Positions 28,904 to 42,414 are shown, numbered from the stretch's first letter. The stretch is DNA of 64,000 nt from Chrysomallon squamiferum (GCA_012295275.1 CM022669.1:17856001-17920000), one strand, 5' to 3'. Numbers and translations: made by a program. Notes: generated by a model not told the origin, from the sequence alone.

Positions 28904-29764
28904 CTCTACAGGTAAGGTCCAATTAGCGGTTTAACAAACAAACATACAGCCAGGTGAAAAATCTCTCAGATCCTTGTTAAATGACCCCATACACAAAATA
29001 CATCACAGGTCTTTGGGTCAAATCAAAGGTACAAAAAACACTGAGCCAAATTTGTAACTTGCTGCTGGTCAGATAATTTTTATGTAAAAAATATTAAATA
29101 TATAAGTACACACACACACACACACACACATTAAAGATTTTTATTTACAGTAATTCAGAATATTTTAAAGGGTTTATTTTTTTGTGCATTTTCTTTTAGG
29201 TTTAATTCAAAGAACTTCATTATTATTCTTTCTTTTTCTGAATATCAGAATGAAAAATAAAACAAAAAAAAAAAAATAATTTATAATGACTATAATACTA
29301 AAGAAATATTATAATATTGATTTAAAATGCTTGTTTACTACAAGAATCTAGTTCAACACCATATGCTAGTAATAAACCACAAACAACATGTTTTAAATTT
29401 TTTTTTTTTTTTTTAAATACATAAAACATCTTCATATTACATTGCACTGAAAGTACTTTCAAATATAACACACAGCAATAGCATGTCACAAACAAAACAG
29501 CATGAAACCAGCAACAACAAATAAATGTACTCTGGAATCTTGTCTTTATTATTATCTTTATTTTTTATTATTACTGTTTTATATATTTATTTATATATGT
29601 CACTGTCTCTGTACTTTTAACAGCTGAGTTTATCATTCTACACAGCATATCATATTTATTGCACATATACATGCTTTTATTTAACCATAACTCTTGTCTA
29701 CATTCTTATATTACAAAAATGTAACTACATTTTTCAGTTCTTTTATTATGAGTTATGTACTGTT

Positions 29765-29935
29765 GTTATGGTCAGTGGAGATAAGAGAAGAAACCTGCAC
29801 AATGGTTTGCTACTCTTTGTTTTTTTTTAAAAGCAGCAATAACAAACAAATTTGTTTCACCTACCAATAGACAGTAAAGTACAAAGCATAGCGTTTGATA
29901 TGCTGTGGAGCCATACTGGAATAGGAAACATAGCA
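29765..29935 (-). mobile_element. Highly degenerate SINE fragment, resembling gastropod tRNA-derived Nin/Deu-domain SINEs
   Basis: Ordered blocks gaaacctgc..gctactcttt..agcagcaa..agacag..tgtggagc..ctggaa match my recollection of this SINE core. Not verified by search. Confidence 0.4.
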
Positions 29936-30754
29936 ATTTTTTTTCAGACAATGCTACAACTTATTCAGATTCAGTTATACATTAGAACATGATTTTTAAT
30001 TCTATTTGAAATGAAATATAAAATTAATAAAAACTAATTTCTTAAGAATGAACAAATGTTCAAAATAACTTCAAAAATAAAAATGTTTAAAACAAATTTA
30101 AAAAATAAATAAATAAAAAAAATTATCAGATACATCTTTATTTTTATTTTTTATTTTCCTTAGGGCCAGTAAAGTCTACATTGTACACCATATAATCACG
30201 TATTTAATGATCTGTGAAAGTAACAGCTACCTTACTATCTTTTAATTACTTTATCAGCTAAAGCTCATAAATTCTGCATGTTATATATAAAAGAAAAGAA
30301 AATACAACATCAGACATTTGGCTGAACCTTCTGGTTACACGACAACCATGCTTGATCAGTTTTCTGCTTGAAGTATGCTAAAAAATAGTCATCAACATGT
30401 ATTTTCTGCATGTAAGGGAATATAAATTATAATTTATCCTGAATTCACTACTGTTTCATGATGAAGACTAGGACCAACACTGATGTGTATGGATCCTGAA
30501 TTAAGCACACAAACTGAATTTGGTGTGTGTGTTTGTGTGCACACATACACCTGCATATATGTAAAACAAAAACACACATACAAACATGTACATACACACC
30601 TTATCTTGTTTTAATTTTTAATTCTTATTATTATTTATTTTATTTTGTATTTTATTTTTCAAACTGAATCTAATATTCATTTCACAGTTATAATTTAAAA
30701 ATCAATAGCTGTAACTACATATTAAAATAAAAATAATATATACTTATTTATTTA

Positions 30755-30790
<36 letters not shown>

Positions 30791-31294
30791 ATTTTTTTAA
30801 TAATATAAATACCTATTTTTTCTCTGCATGGCAAATTTGAAGTCCAATAAATTACATTAAAACAAAATAGTATGCTGGGGATCATCTAGATATATATAAT
30901 GTACAAGGTTCAAACATGCTTGTTGTGGACATGGCACATGGCATGTCTATGAAAGGTCTGGTTATGTATGATTGTACTAGCAGTAAAGCTAGATTTTGTA
31001 CTGATATCACTTATTTTGTTGTAATCTTAGCAAAATGACACTCCAGGTATTATCCATCAGACCATGAATGAAGATAGTGTCTACATGAAATCATGAATGC
31101 AGGTACAAGAGCCTATTGAAATCTCGAAATAAACTGAAAAGAAATTCCAGAACAAAAATCTGTAAATTTTCAAACAAGTTCAGAAATGTATTAAAGGCAA
31201 ACAGACTAAAATATCAAAGTCTGATTTAAAAATTATTAAAAAAAAAAGAAAAAATAATTTGGAAACTTTTTTCATTTTGTAAACAGAGAACTAT

Positions 31295-31331
<37 letters not shown>

Positions 31332-32410
31332 CTAATCAGTAAATGAACTTAACATGGTTCTTTATTTACTGAATTAAAACTGTCAACTTGTTTCATAAAT
31401 ACACTGAATTACATTTTTCTTCCTATTTAGATGTGAGCAAATTTATTTACTTGCAAAATTTTATATACTTTCAAAATATTTTTCCACGACAATATTTAAG
31501 TATGACTTGGTGCAGTTTTTGTTTGTCCATGAGTGTAGTTTCAGTAGAATTTCAAACTACTAGAAAATAACAGTGTGATATCAACATTTTATTAAAGCAA
31601 AGCTACAGTATTTTTCTTTTACATTTAAAAATTATTCACCAAAATTATTATGCATTTAACATTACATTTGTTAATTTATATTTTTTATTTATTTATTTAT
31701 TTACTTTGAATGTTCCTTTATCAGTTTAATATCTAAAAATCATTAAAAAAAAATATTTAATTAAAAATTATGCATGCAGCAGATGTTGTGTTGTTTTTTT
31801 ATTTATAATACATCACTTGCATATTCCTATCACAACTTAATATGCACAGATGCAAAATATATAATTTATTTTTCCTTAAAAACAAGTTTTAACAACAAGA
31901 CATTTATCTGAAAAACACAAGTCTGTTTTTCCACTAACTAATTAGCTGAAGTGATAGGCTGTAAAGAACTGTTGAAAACCATTTAGGCATTTCTGACATT
32001 TAATATATCTTCCTTTCAAAAGTAGAGATCATAAAGCAAGGTGTCAATCCTTGAAAAAAATTACTGGACCTTGAAACTATCTACACACAAAAAAAAAAAC
32101 AAGGTTATATTTGTAAGTAAAAATGCGCAACCATCAACTAAACCCCAAAGAGACCATCTGTATCTTTTTTTTCTTTTTCTAAATTGTCACACCAATGATT
32201 TCAATTCAGCATCAGAATTTTACAAACTACTGGAGTGTTAATAATGCACTTGTGAAATTATGTGAATGTATTTGTCAAAATATTTTATTATTATCGGTTA
32301 TTACTTGTCAAACACATGTTGTTGTTGTTATTTTTAGAGTTATTTTTATAATGTTGGTACAAGGCAAGAAATTCACAGATGTCATTCCAAAAAGTATTTT
32401 CATCAACATG

Positions 32411-32590
32411 TAGCAAGAAATTGTTTTTACATGTGCCCTCAATTACAGATAGGAATATTAAAGCATTTGATTATCCAGTCATTGAGAACTGGCTAGAACT
32501 AGTAAAAAACCACAAGAGAGAAGTAAAGATGGATTGATCCTTGTGCTTGGATTATAATACCATTACTCTCAAAACTGTATCTCACTTCTT
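32411..32590 (-). mobile_element. Second degenerate fragment of the same SINE-like family
   Basis: Blocks tagcaag..acagatagg..tttgattatccagtc..actggctagaac..ggattgatcct appear in the expected order. Recollection only. Confidence 0.4.
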
Positions 32591-34442
32591 TTACATGTTT
32601 TAATAAATAAAATTGCTTTATGTAAAGTTATGATGCTACATATAATACAAATAAAAGGAAAGTGGCAGAACTTAAATTTCGTAAATTGTTAATTCATCTT
32701 GAAATGCTTGCAAATATATAATCATATGGTTAGTAATTAAATGATAATGTATTACAAACATATTATCTACAAAAGGGAAGTAGCAATAATGGTGCTTCTT
32801 GTGGTGGTATTAGTAGAAGTAGCAACAGCAGTAGTATTAACATTTGGATGGTAGGTTTGCTTAATGTTTTTACTATAAGTGTTATATATGATCATTTTTA
32901 CTGATAATTGTTTCTGGTTATCCACAAAATTTTCAATACAATAAATACACTTCCATAAGTTTTAACAATAAACACATATTCCATAATCAAACTCCTACCT
33001 GAATCATGCTGCTGATCGAGCTTCAAAATAAAATTATTATTAACTTTTCAAGTAAAATAAATAAATGATAATTTGCTAGAGTTTTCTTCAGCCTAACATA
33101 TATATATATTCCAAAACCTTCTTGGTACAAATCTCTCAAACGTTGTCTTTGCAAAGGTTCCTTTAAATGTGGCTGGCATTAAACTGAGACAGTGATCAGC
33201 AAATAAAGGTTATGTTCAGGTGAAGCTCTTTGTCCTTTGAGGCATGTTTGGGAGGAGAACATGTTACATAATTTTTACTAAATCCCTAAAGCAAACATGC
33301 TGGCTGTGTGGTCTAGAGATTGTAAAAGACTCTAGTGTTGACAGGGCAACGTGCAGTGTTGTTTTTGTTCTTCTGTGCAAAGTATAATTAAATTTGTTTT
33401 CAAAAACTGGACATTGTTAATAATAACAACAATAAACACAGCAAGAAGAAGAAAATTAAAAACATAAGAAATATCAGGTAGAGGATCTATTGATTATAAA
33501 CAAAGACATAATTGGCCTTCTTTAAATATTATATTACATATAATACAATGATGATGACAAATGTAGAATTTAAAAAAATTGAAAAAATTGGCCAGACATT
33601 AAAAAAAATATATATCTGATCCTCAGAAAATAAGATATGTACTAATAAAATTTCTGAATTCAGAAGTCCATTTGTGAGTCAGTGAAAGCTAAGTCTAATC
33701 TAGCTGGCTGTTGTAGTAAAAACAAAAATAAAAAATAAATAAATGCATTAAATAAAGAAAAAATAATTATTTAAAATGAAAAAAATAAGCTTTAATCCCC
33801 TCCTCATCCCAAACTTAATTACAATAACACAATGACAAAGTACTAGTGTACAATAAAAGTTTTAAGAACAGGATTGTCAAGAGAGTTTATAAAAGTTGAG
33901 TAAGTACTGCACTGTTACCTTGACCTAGCAGAACTATTGAAATTATTGAGACCTTCCTTCCAGTACACAATTATACAAATTAACTATGTAGGATTGGTCA
34001 TAGCTATTGTTAGAAAGCTAACTTGCATGAAAAAGTATGTTTAATGACAGAAACTTTCCTATTTTTCATCGTTATTGCTGAAAGAGAAAATATTTAGAAA
34101 CATCAAGAGCCAAACGATGTTTGTGTGGGTGTGCACAAACATGGATGCATATGCATGTTTGTATTAATATTTTTTATCTTTTAATCATTTTAGTATTCAA
34201 TGGCTGTTTACTAACTAATAGGACTTCCAAATAAGTTTAGCTTTATCTATCTTGGAACAATTTGCATTTTTAACAAAATATTTTTATAAGGGTATTACAT
34301 TTACACTGAATGAATTATTTTGTTGGCAATGACATTAAAACAATGGTTCTTGATGGTATCATGAAATAATTATTTTTCGTTAGTATCATGTCACAACTGA
34401 CTTAATTGTTCAGTCATATTTACACTGAAATTATCGTCCTAC

Positions 34443-34634
34443 CTCAAAAACGTTTGAAATTGTCAACTCTTCTGAAGAATTAGTGTAAGTGCAAGAGTCC
34501 AAGGATTCCAAATCTTCAATCTGAGATTCGTCATAGTAGGTTCCCAGACTCTGGCCCTGAAGCAAGCTGCACCTACAGGCGTGTTTTGATGTGACGGGCA
34601 GCTCCACGACAGAGGACCAGCGACGTGCATACAT
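34443..34634 (-). CDS. Candidate alternative first coding exon (64 aa): MYARRWSSVVELPVTSKHACRCSLLQGQSLGTYYDESQIEDLESLDSCTYTNSSEELTISNVFE
   Basis: GC/CpG-rich island with a protein-like ORF and an in-frame TGA just upstream of the ATG. Ends at GAG|gtagga in phase 0, compatible with the 3455 acceptor. Confidence 0.6.
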
Positions 34635-34659
34635 CACAAGTCATACCCAAAACAACGAC

Positions 34660-35060
34660 ATGAAAAACTCCAATTTGTTCTCAAAGTGAATGAAAAAAAA
34701 CTCCACAATTTTTTTCTCAAACACAAATGAAAAAATTCCAATTTTTAATTTTTTTTCTCAAGGCACAAAGATAAATTCCAGTTTTTTCTCTCAAACAAAT
34801 CAAAATAAATCCAATTTCTTTCTCAAGGTAAAATGAAAAGATCTGATTTTCTGTAAGAGAAATGGAAAACTCCTAATTTAGTTTTAAAGCAAATAAAAAG
34901 TTCCAATTCTCTCTCAAGACAAATTGAAAACTTCAAGTAACTCTCCAGGCAAATGCAAGACTTCAGTTTTTTTTCTAAAGGCAAAGTAAAGAAAATCTCA
35001 TTATATTTTCTCTAAGAAAAGTGGAAAAACTTCCATGTTCTCTCCAGGCTAATGAAAAAC
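34660..35060. repeat. Degenerate ~33-bp tandem repeat (gaaaaactccaattt..tctcaaggcaaat) directly upstream of the 34634 candidate exon
   Basis: Roughly a dozen diverged copies. Confidence 0.7.
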
Positions 35061-35396
35061 TGCACGAACATTTTGTTATAGTTTTATGCAAAACAGATAA
35101 ACCTGAATGCAGATAAGCCCAGGTGTGTTGCAAATTCAGTGGTTCATATGAACAATTAACATAATTTATGTTGATCCTTAAAATCAAATTTTTTGTTTAT
35201 TATTATTATTTTTATTATTATTATTATTATTTATTTATTTTTTTTTTTTTCTTCCTTCAGTAGACAAATTAAATTTTACATGCTAAACAAAGTGAACAAA
35301 CTATTTAAAAATCACAGTTGATACTCTGATGGAATATAAAAAAAAAAAGATATATATTAATTCTATTTCCTTTAATTATGCATTAATTTTTTCTAC

Positions 35397-35444
<48 letters not shown>

Positions 35445-36081
35445 TATTTCAATTATAAAACCAATACATACTTCTCAACAATTAAAACATAAAACTGTGT
35501 CCCAAAAAGACCAAGTAATAAACTTTATCCTTTCATCCATGTACAAAAAAATCTCCTTCCTAATCCGTTTTTATTCGTGTATCTCATAATCCTGAAACGA
35601 CAACACGAAATCCGAGTACAGTCCTTCAATAGATTCCTTCTTTTTCTTTTCTCCCTGTCAGTCCTAACAGAATATAATACCTCTACATCAGTCCAGATAA
35701 ATCCATTCCAGGTAACAAACGAGAGAGCTCACATACATGCTGGTGTCACAAACACACTGAAGTTCTCAACTTTAGCGTATCTTGCTCCATACAAAACAAG
35801 CCATCCGTCCACAGCTGTGTTACTACATACACCTTTGATCAGCTGTTCATAGATTCAAGCTAGAATCCATTACAAAAATACAGTCTACCGCCGCTATCGC
35901 TATTCCACACCATCTAGGTTTTGTAACAAATAAACAGTTTCAACGTGATAATTTATAATAAAATATTAAAAAAAAAAAAAAAAAAAAAATTTCTATGTTT
36001 TAATCATATCAGTTGTTGAGACTGCGTTACAAGTTCAAAAACAACAACAATAACAACCTGATCATGGTTAAAATCATACAG

Positions 36082-36117
<36 letters not shown>

Positions 36118-37449
36118 ATCACAAACAAGTTTTAGCTCCCAATGAAAGGTGCAATATCTCTTTCTATTCCATTAATCTGGGTAAGCTGAGAGGGTTTTTG
36201 TTATCAAGTTTACAAAGGCTAATTGCCGTGTTTTCTCGGCTCCCCGAATCTTTCAGCAGAGAATGAAAGTAGCACAATGCAGCATGTGTCAAACACACAT
36301 GGTGCATACATACCTGTGAGTGTGTATACTACAGTGTGAAATATAATGTGTATCAACTCGTATGATACAGGCTGTTGTGTTTTGATGGCTTAATCAAGGG
36401 TGACATAGAGAATACATGTATTTATATTTTTTCTTTATTCTCAATAACAGTCAAAAATAAATAAATAAATAAATAATACTGAATATTTTCTATCAATTTA
36501 TTTATTCATTAATAGAAAAAAATGATTGGCTGTTTTGTGAAAATTACTTAAAATGTTTTATTTAGGAAATTCTCTTGTTTACATTTAGCACAAAAAATTA
36601 ACATTCAATTCAGAAAATTCCTTCAGTTACCTTCAACTCAGGAAATTCCATTATCCACATTTAACTCAATAAATGTCCTTATATAACTATATAAAGATCT
36701 TTATAATTTTTTATTTTCCTAATTTAAAAAAAAAAAAAAAAAAAATTAAAAAAAGGGAATAGAAAAATGAAAAATTCCAGATTTAATAACAAATTCACAA
36801 GCTTCTAAATTATTAAAGTTAAGTCAATAAAACTCTGTGCACTCTACCAGTATATAAAAAAATACCGTGACAATTAATATGTTGTTTAAAAATTTACACA
36901 TGATTAAACAAGTACAGACGATGTCTGTAGTTCTTTACATTAATGCCGGACAATTATTTCATAATGCCAGTCATTATGCTGTACTTCATCATAAAAGGTA
37001 GAGAATGTCACTTATTAAATTCCCAGTAGGCCACCACTATCCCACTATCCGAAATGTTGTCACTACACAGCAATTCTGCATAATACACCCAGATCTGAGT
37101 TTATTCATCTTTCATAATATACGCACTCATGCATACCATAAAACATGTAACATTCTTAAGAAACATAAAAAAAAATATATATATATATATAAAAGTCATC
37201 TTAAAAAAAAGAAAAAGAAATAAGAGATTTTAAATATTCAACACCTTATGTACTGTTAGTGTATGTGTATTTATAAATGTGTACATATATATATATAATA
37301 AACACATATATTTATATATATAATGCATTATTATGTAATACCTGTATTAATTTTAATATAGAGTGAAAATCAAAGCATTACTTTTATTAATTCTGTTGTA
37401 AGTTAAAAAAATATTAATATTTTAAGCTTGCTTAAGTGTACTTATACTT

Positions 37450-37498
<49 letters not shown>

Positions 37499-37810
37499 AC
37501 ATTTAAAAAATAAATAAAAACAAAAAAACCCAGTACTTTTACTAACTATATTTTTTTATGATTTCAGGTGAGTTTATTATTTGTTACAGGTTACTGATCT
37601 TTGCTAATAATAAAGTATAATATTAAAATGACAAGTTGGTGATAATTCTAGGTAATTTCTTTTTTTTTTTTTTTTTTTTACTTGAATGATGTCATTTTGT
37701 ACAAAACAGCATAATAAGAAATTCCTGACAGATTAGGGAAAGGGTATATGCAATTCATTTATTTAGATTAAATGTTAATACTGATGATGGTGATGATGAT
37801 GATGATGATG

Positions 37811-37848
<38 letters not shown>

Positions 37849-40172
37849 TTAACTTCAAGCTTAATACCACACATTTGAACTATACTTGTATGTACTAAGT
37901 TGGGTTCATGAATTCAGATCACGTTAACTTCAAGGCAACGATAAACATCTAATACACAACTGAACACAACATGGTAGGCTTCAGTACATGCCTAACAGAG
38001 TGTAATCCACAACTTTATCAGATGATACAGAAAATGAGGCAAGTCAAAGATTGTTCACCAACAAAAGACTCATAGTCTGGCTATGAAACATTCCCAAAGG
38101 GGTGCAAAAAGTAAACTTTTAATCTTCTGTACAATCGGCCAGGCAAATTATTCTGCTGAATCATTAGGGTACATGAAGCATTAGGAAGATTCTAATTGTG
38201 TTTCTGAAGAAATTAGTTTTTGTTGCTTCATAAGGAAATTTTAGTGTGTTTTTTGTTTTGTTTTGTGGGGGAAAAGAGTGGGGTGTTGTTGTGCAACGAG
38301 GAAGTGTATGCAGATGTTCAGAAGATAAAGGAAAAAGGAAAAAGGAAAAAACTTACGTAAATAAATCGAGTTTTAGTTGTTAGAAATTGTGTCATTTTCT
38401 AGTGCATCATCAAATGTAAAAAGGCTAAATGCAGATAAGGAATTTATATATTTATATATGTAAATGCAAACACACACACACACATACATGCACACATACA
38501 CACCCACATATACATATAGAAATGCATATAGATGATACAGTATATAAATATGCAGCTACCACTGAGCATAAATAAAAACACCTACACATGCACAAATATT
38601 TATATAGACACAAATAAATACAAAATGTAGAGCACAAAATCCAAGTTATAAAGATCTTTTAAATATTCAGCACATTAATCAAATTTTTTTTTTTTTAAAT
38701 ATATGTACATCCTCACAAATACATACGTATATACTTATATAAACCAATGAAAATTTTGTTTAGATCATGAACTGTTATGCAAGTTTTAGAAATTACTACA
38801 CAATTTCAAAATGTAATAATTTTTTAGAATGTTGCTGATCATGTTCCTTTCACAAAACACAAACACAAACACACATATGTACACATATACACACCACTTC
38901 ATTCAAATACATACTCTCATTCACACACACAAACACATATAAACACACACACACACACACATAAACACACACATGTAAACATATACAGACACACACACAC
39001 ACACGCACACTCACATACACACACACTCACACACACTCACACACACAGAACTTCTATAGTCTACATTTTCAATCCTTATCATATTATTTTACTTTATTTA
39101 ACAATTAAATATTAATCCTCTTTCATTGAATAAATGAACCAAATCTACAACACTTTCATACACTGATGATAATACTAGTTATATCAATTTTTCTACAAAT
39201 TAAAAAACAGATGCAACCCTCCATGAATACAGACACTACCACAGAATACTCTGCAAGTATAAAAACTAGGTTACTGTTATTCATCAGTTGTTGAAGCGAA
39301 TATTTAATGATAACAAAATGAAAATGTGAGAATAAATATACATGTTCTATATCTGCAGCCATAAAACCTGTGAATAATTTACTGTCACCCTTTGTTGTTT
39401 GTTTTAACAGACAACCAGAATTTCCATGAATTATTTGTAAGAAAAACATGTTTATCAATATCTAGAAACATTAATTTTTATTAAAATAACAACATTCTTA
39501 TCACAATATCTTTTCTAATTTTTTCATTTTTTTTTTAGAATCCCTTTGCTTCATCTATATATAATATACAATAATAAATTTAGAATTTAGAATTTAGAAT
39601 TCAATTTTTGTGAATAACATACAGACATATATAACACATTTATAAGCATATTTATAAGTAAAGGTTACAGCCCTTTTATAATAATTAATTATTTCCATTT
39701 TTCTATTTAAGTGGTTTTGAATTATTTTATTTATTTATTACTACTACTACTATTACTGTTATTATTATAATTATTATTATTTGTTCAGTTTTTTATTATT
39801 ATTTTTTAAAATGTTTTTATTTAGTTTGTTTTCATACGTTTTCTTTTCAATAATAATTATTTTTGCTCAAAATTATTTTGTAAAAACAAAATAATAAAGT
39901 TTTCCAAAGTAAGAATCTTCACTATGGCTATCATAATTTATTATATAAAATACCAGACATCTATGTCATTTGTCATATATTATGGCAAAAAAACACAGAA
40001 AAAACCCCTGATAAAACAAATAATTTACATGTGTATATTTTTTAATTATAATACTAATATGTTTAAATATATTCTACATGTAAATTTATAAAATATAGAT
40101 TTAAACTTAAGTTTTCTAATGCTGTTCAAAATATTTTGTAATTTGTGGTCTAAAAATTAAAATAAACAAGTA

Positions 40173-40227
<55 letters not shown>

Positions 40228-40848
40228 TTAATAATCATAATAATAATAAAATTAATAATCATAATAATAATAAATATAATATATAAATAACAACAACAAC
40301 AACAACAAACCAAATGTAATTTACATCAAATATTTTGAAGATATCAATTTCACTTTATTTGTATTATTAGTATATAAAATAAACACTTACTTCCATTGTT
40401 TCTGTCTGTTCTAAATAAATATTATGTATTGTTGATGAACAGATTTCACTTTTAGTAACCAGAACCTTTGTTATCAAGATGTTGTTAATTAACAAGCTAT
40501 CAACTTGTTGTTCTAAGATTTCTCAAACACCTCACTAAAGTTATTGTTGTTGTTGTTCAATATATTTGTTTATAAATACACAGTAATTTTTAAATAAGTT
40601 TTAAAAATGTTATTGCAACATTTGGCTAAATTGATCATACTTTCAAAAACAAGCAAACAAAACTGGAGTGTTTTTTAATTTGTTTATTTTATGTTTTTTT
40701 CTAAATATCTAAATTTTGGAGGTACCAGCTGTTTTTTTAAATATTATTATATAAATTTACAACATTTGGCCTATTTAACAGTACTTACAAAAACAAAGAA
40801 AGAATAATATTTTTTTAAATTCAAAATGTTAGGGATACAAAAAATACT

Positions 40849-40920
40849 AATTTTCAATTTAGCAAAAAGTTGTAAATATATATATATATATATTTACAAC
40901 TTTTTGCTAAATTGAAAATT
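40849..40920. repeat. Perfect 72-bp palindrome with an (AT)n centre
   Basis: aattttcaatttagcaaaaagttgtaaat-(at)n-atttacaactttttgctaaattgaaaatt is its own reverse complement. Confidence 0.95.
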
Positions 40921-42100
40921 CTTCAAAATACTATTAATTGAATTCAGAAATTTTAATAAACTGTTACCTCATAACATTTTTTATATATTATAATTCTTCA
41001 AAATACTTCTTCAGAAATTTTTAACATTTTGTTGTTATATGGATAGTGTTTCATGTAAATTCATATGGATTGAGTGATGGAAGAGTTGTAAAGTGACAAT
41101 CAAAGAAGGTAACTGTAAATCATAAGATAAAAAATATTTCAGAGTTGTATAACTGTGAAAAAAGAAAAGGAAAAAGACGAGAAGCAGAAATGTTTTCGTA
41201 ATAATAAATGTCACTGGTCTTTTTTGCCATACTTATTTTTTTTATCAAAAGAATCTACACAAACCCAAACATGATGAAGATAAATAAACAAAACACTTTC
41301 TTCAATATCAGAAAACCAAAATTTATAAACAAAAGTACAGAAAAATGATTACTGGAGGCATACTCAGCTTAAACAGAATTTTTGGATATAATGAAATTCT
41401 ATGTAATAAAATATTTGTGGAGTGACAAGTTATTTATTTTAATATCTGTCAGACAACTAGTTGTTTTCAGTTGTTGTTTTTTTTACTACTACTTTTTTTT
41501 TTTTTTTTGTTGTTCTACATAAATAAAAATAAATGAAAAATTTAAAATCGTAACAATAATTTAGGTCACACATCATTTCAAGAATTAGTAAGTAATTATA
41601 AAAATTAAGTTATTGTAATGCTTTAATGACTCAGTAAAACAAGACTTTTTGCACATATGTTTTAGTTTTTGTTTGGTGATGTAACGTTGAAATAAAAAAT
41701 ATGTAACAATGAAATGTGGTGGCATTTGACTCTTTTAGTATAAAATAAACAATTTTCAAAAACAACCTCCCCCTTCTTAAAAAAAACAAAGAAGAAAAGA
41801 ATTATTACATTCTTTTTATATAAAGGTAAGATAAAAAAAAAATATGAACTATACCTCACAGGACATGCAAATATATAACAATTCAGTTTTCTCCATGTCA
41901 GTTCTTTTTGCATGGACTACATTTTTCAAAACATAATTTTAAATTAAAAATTCTAAAATACAGCAAAAGATTATTTAACCTTGAAATATTTTCTTTAATT
42001 CTTTTTTTTTTTTTTTTTAATTTTTATCTTCCTCCCCTACCCACATTACAGGGATTATAAAACTAATGCAAAAAAAATAAATGAAATAAATGGAAATTAC

Positions 42101-42205
42101 CTCTGGTTCATCCAAGTCATTTCTGCTGTCCAAAGTCTCCACACTTTTCCTCAGCAACATGCTACGAGACAACTTGTTACATATACACACAGCTCGCATT
42201 GATTG
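42101..42205 (-). CDS. DAPK1: DAPK CaM-binding exon (105 nt): QSMRAVCICNKLSRSMLLRKSVETLDSRNDLDEPE
   Basis: Acceptor tttgccag|CAA and donor GAG|gtaatt. WK|QS retains the Ser equivalent to the human Ser308 inhibitory autophosphorylation site, and LSRS is conserved. Confidence 0.92.
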
Positions 42206-42414
42206 CTGGCAAAAATATTTAAAAAAAGAAAAAACAGATTGAAATGATACGAACATCTGTTTGTATGTTTCAAACAAAAACTATTCCCATCTGTTAGATA
42301 TCTCAAATACTGGATCAACAGGTGTTAGACATCAAAAACGAGTACTAGTACATATCTTGGATTAATATCGGGTTTCAACTGTGTATATATATATATATAT
42401 ATATATACTAATGA

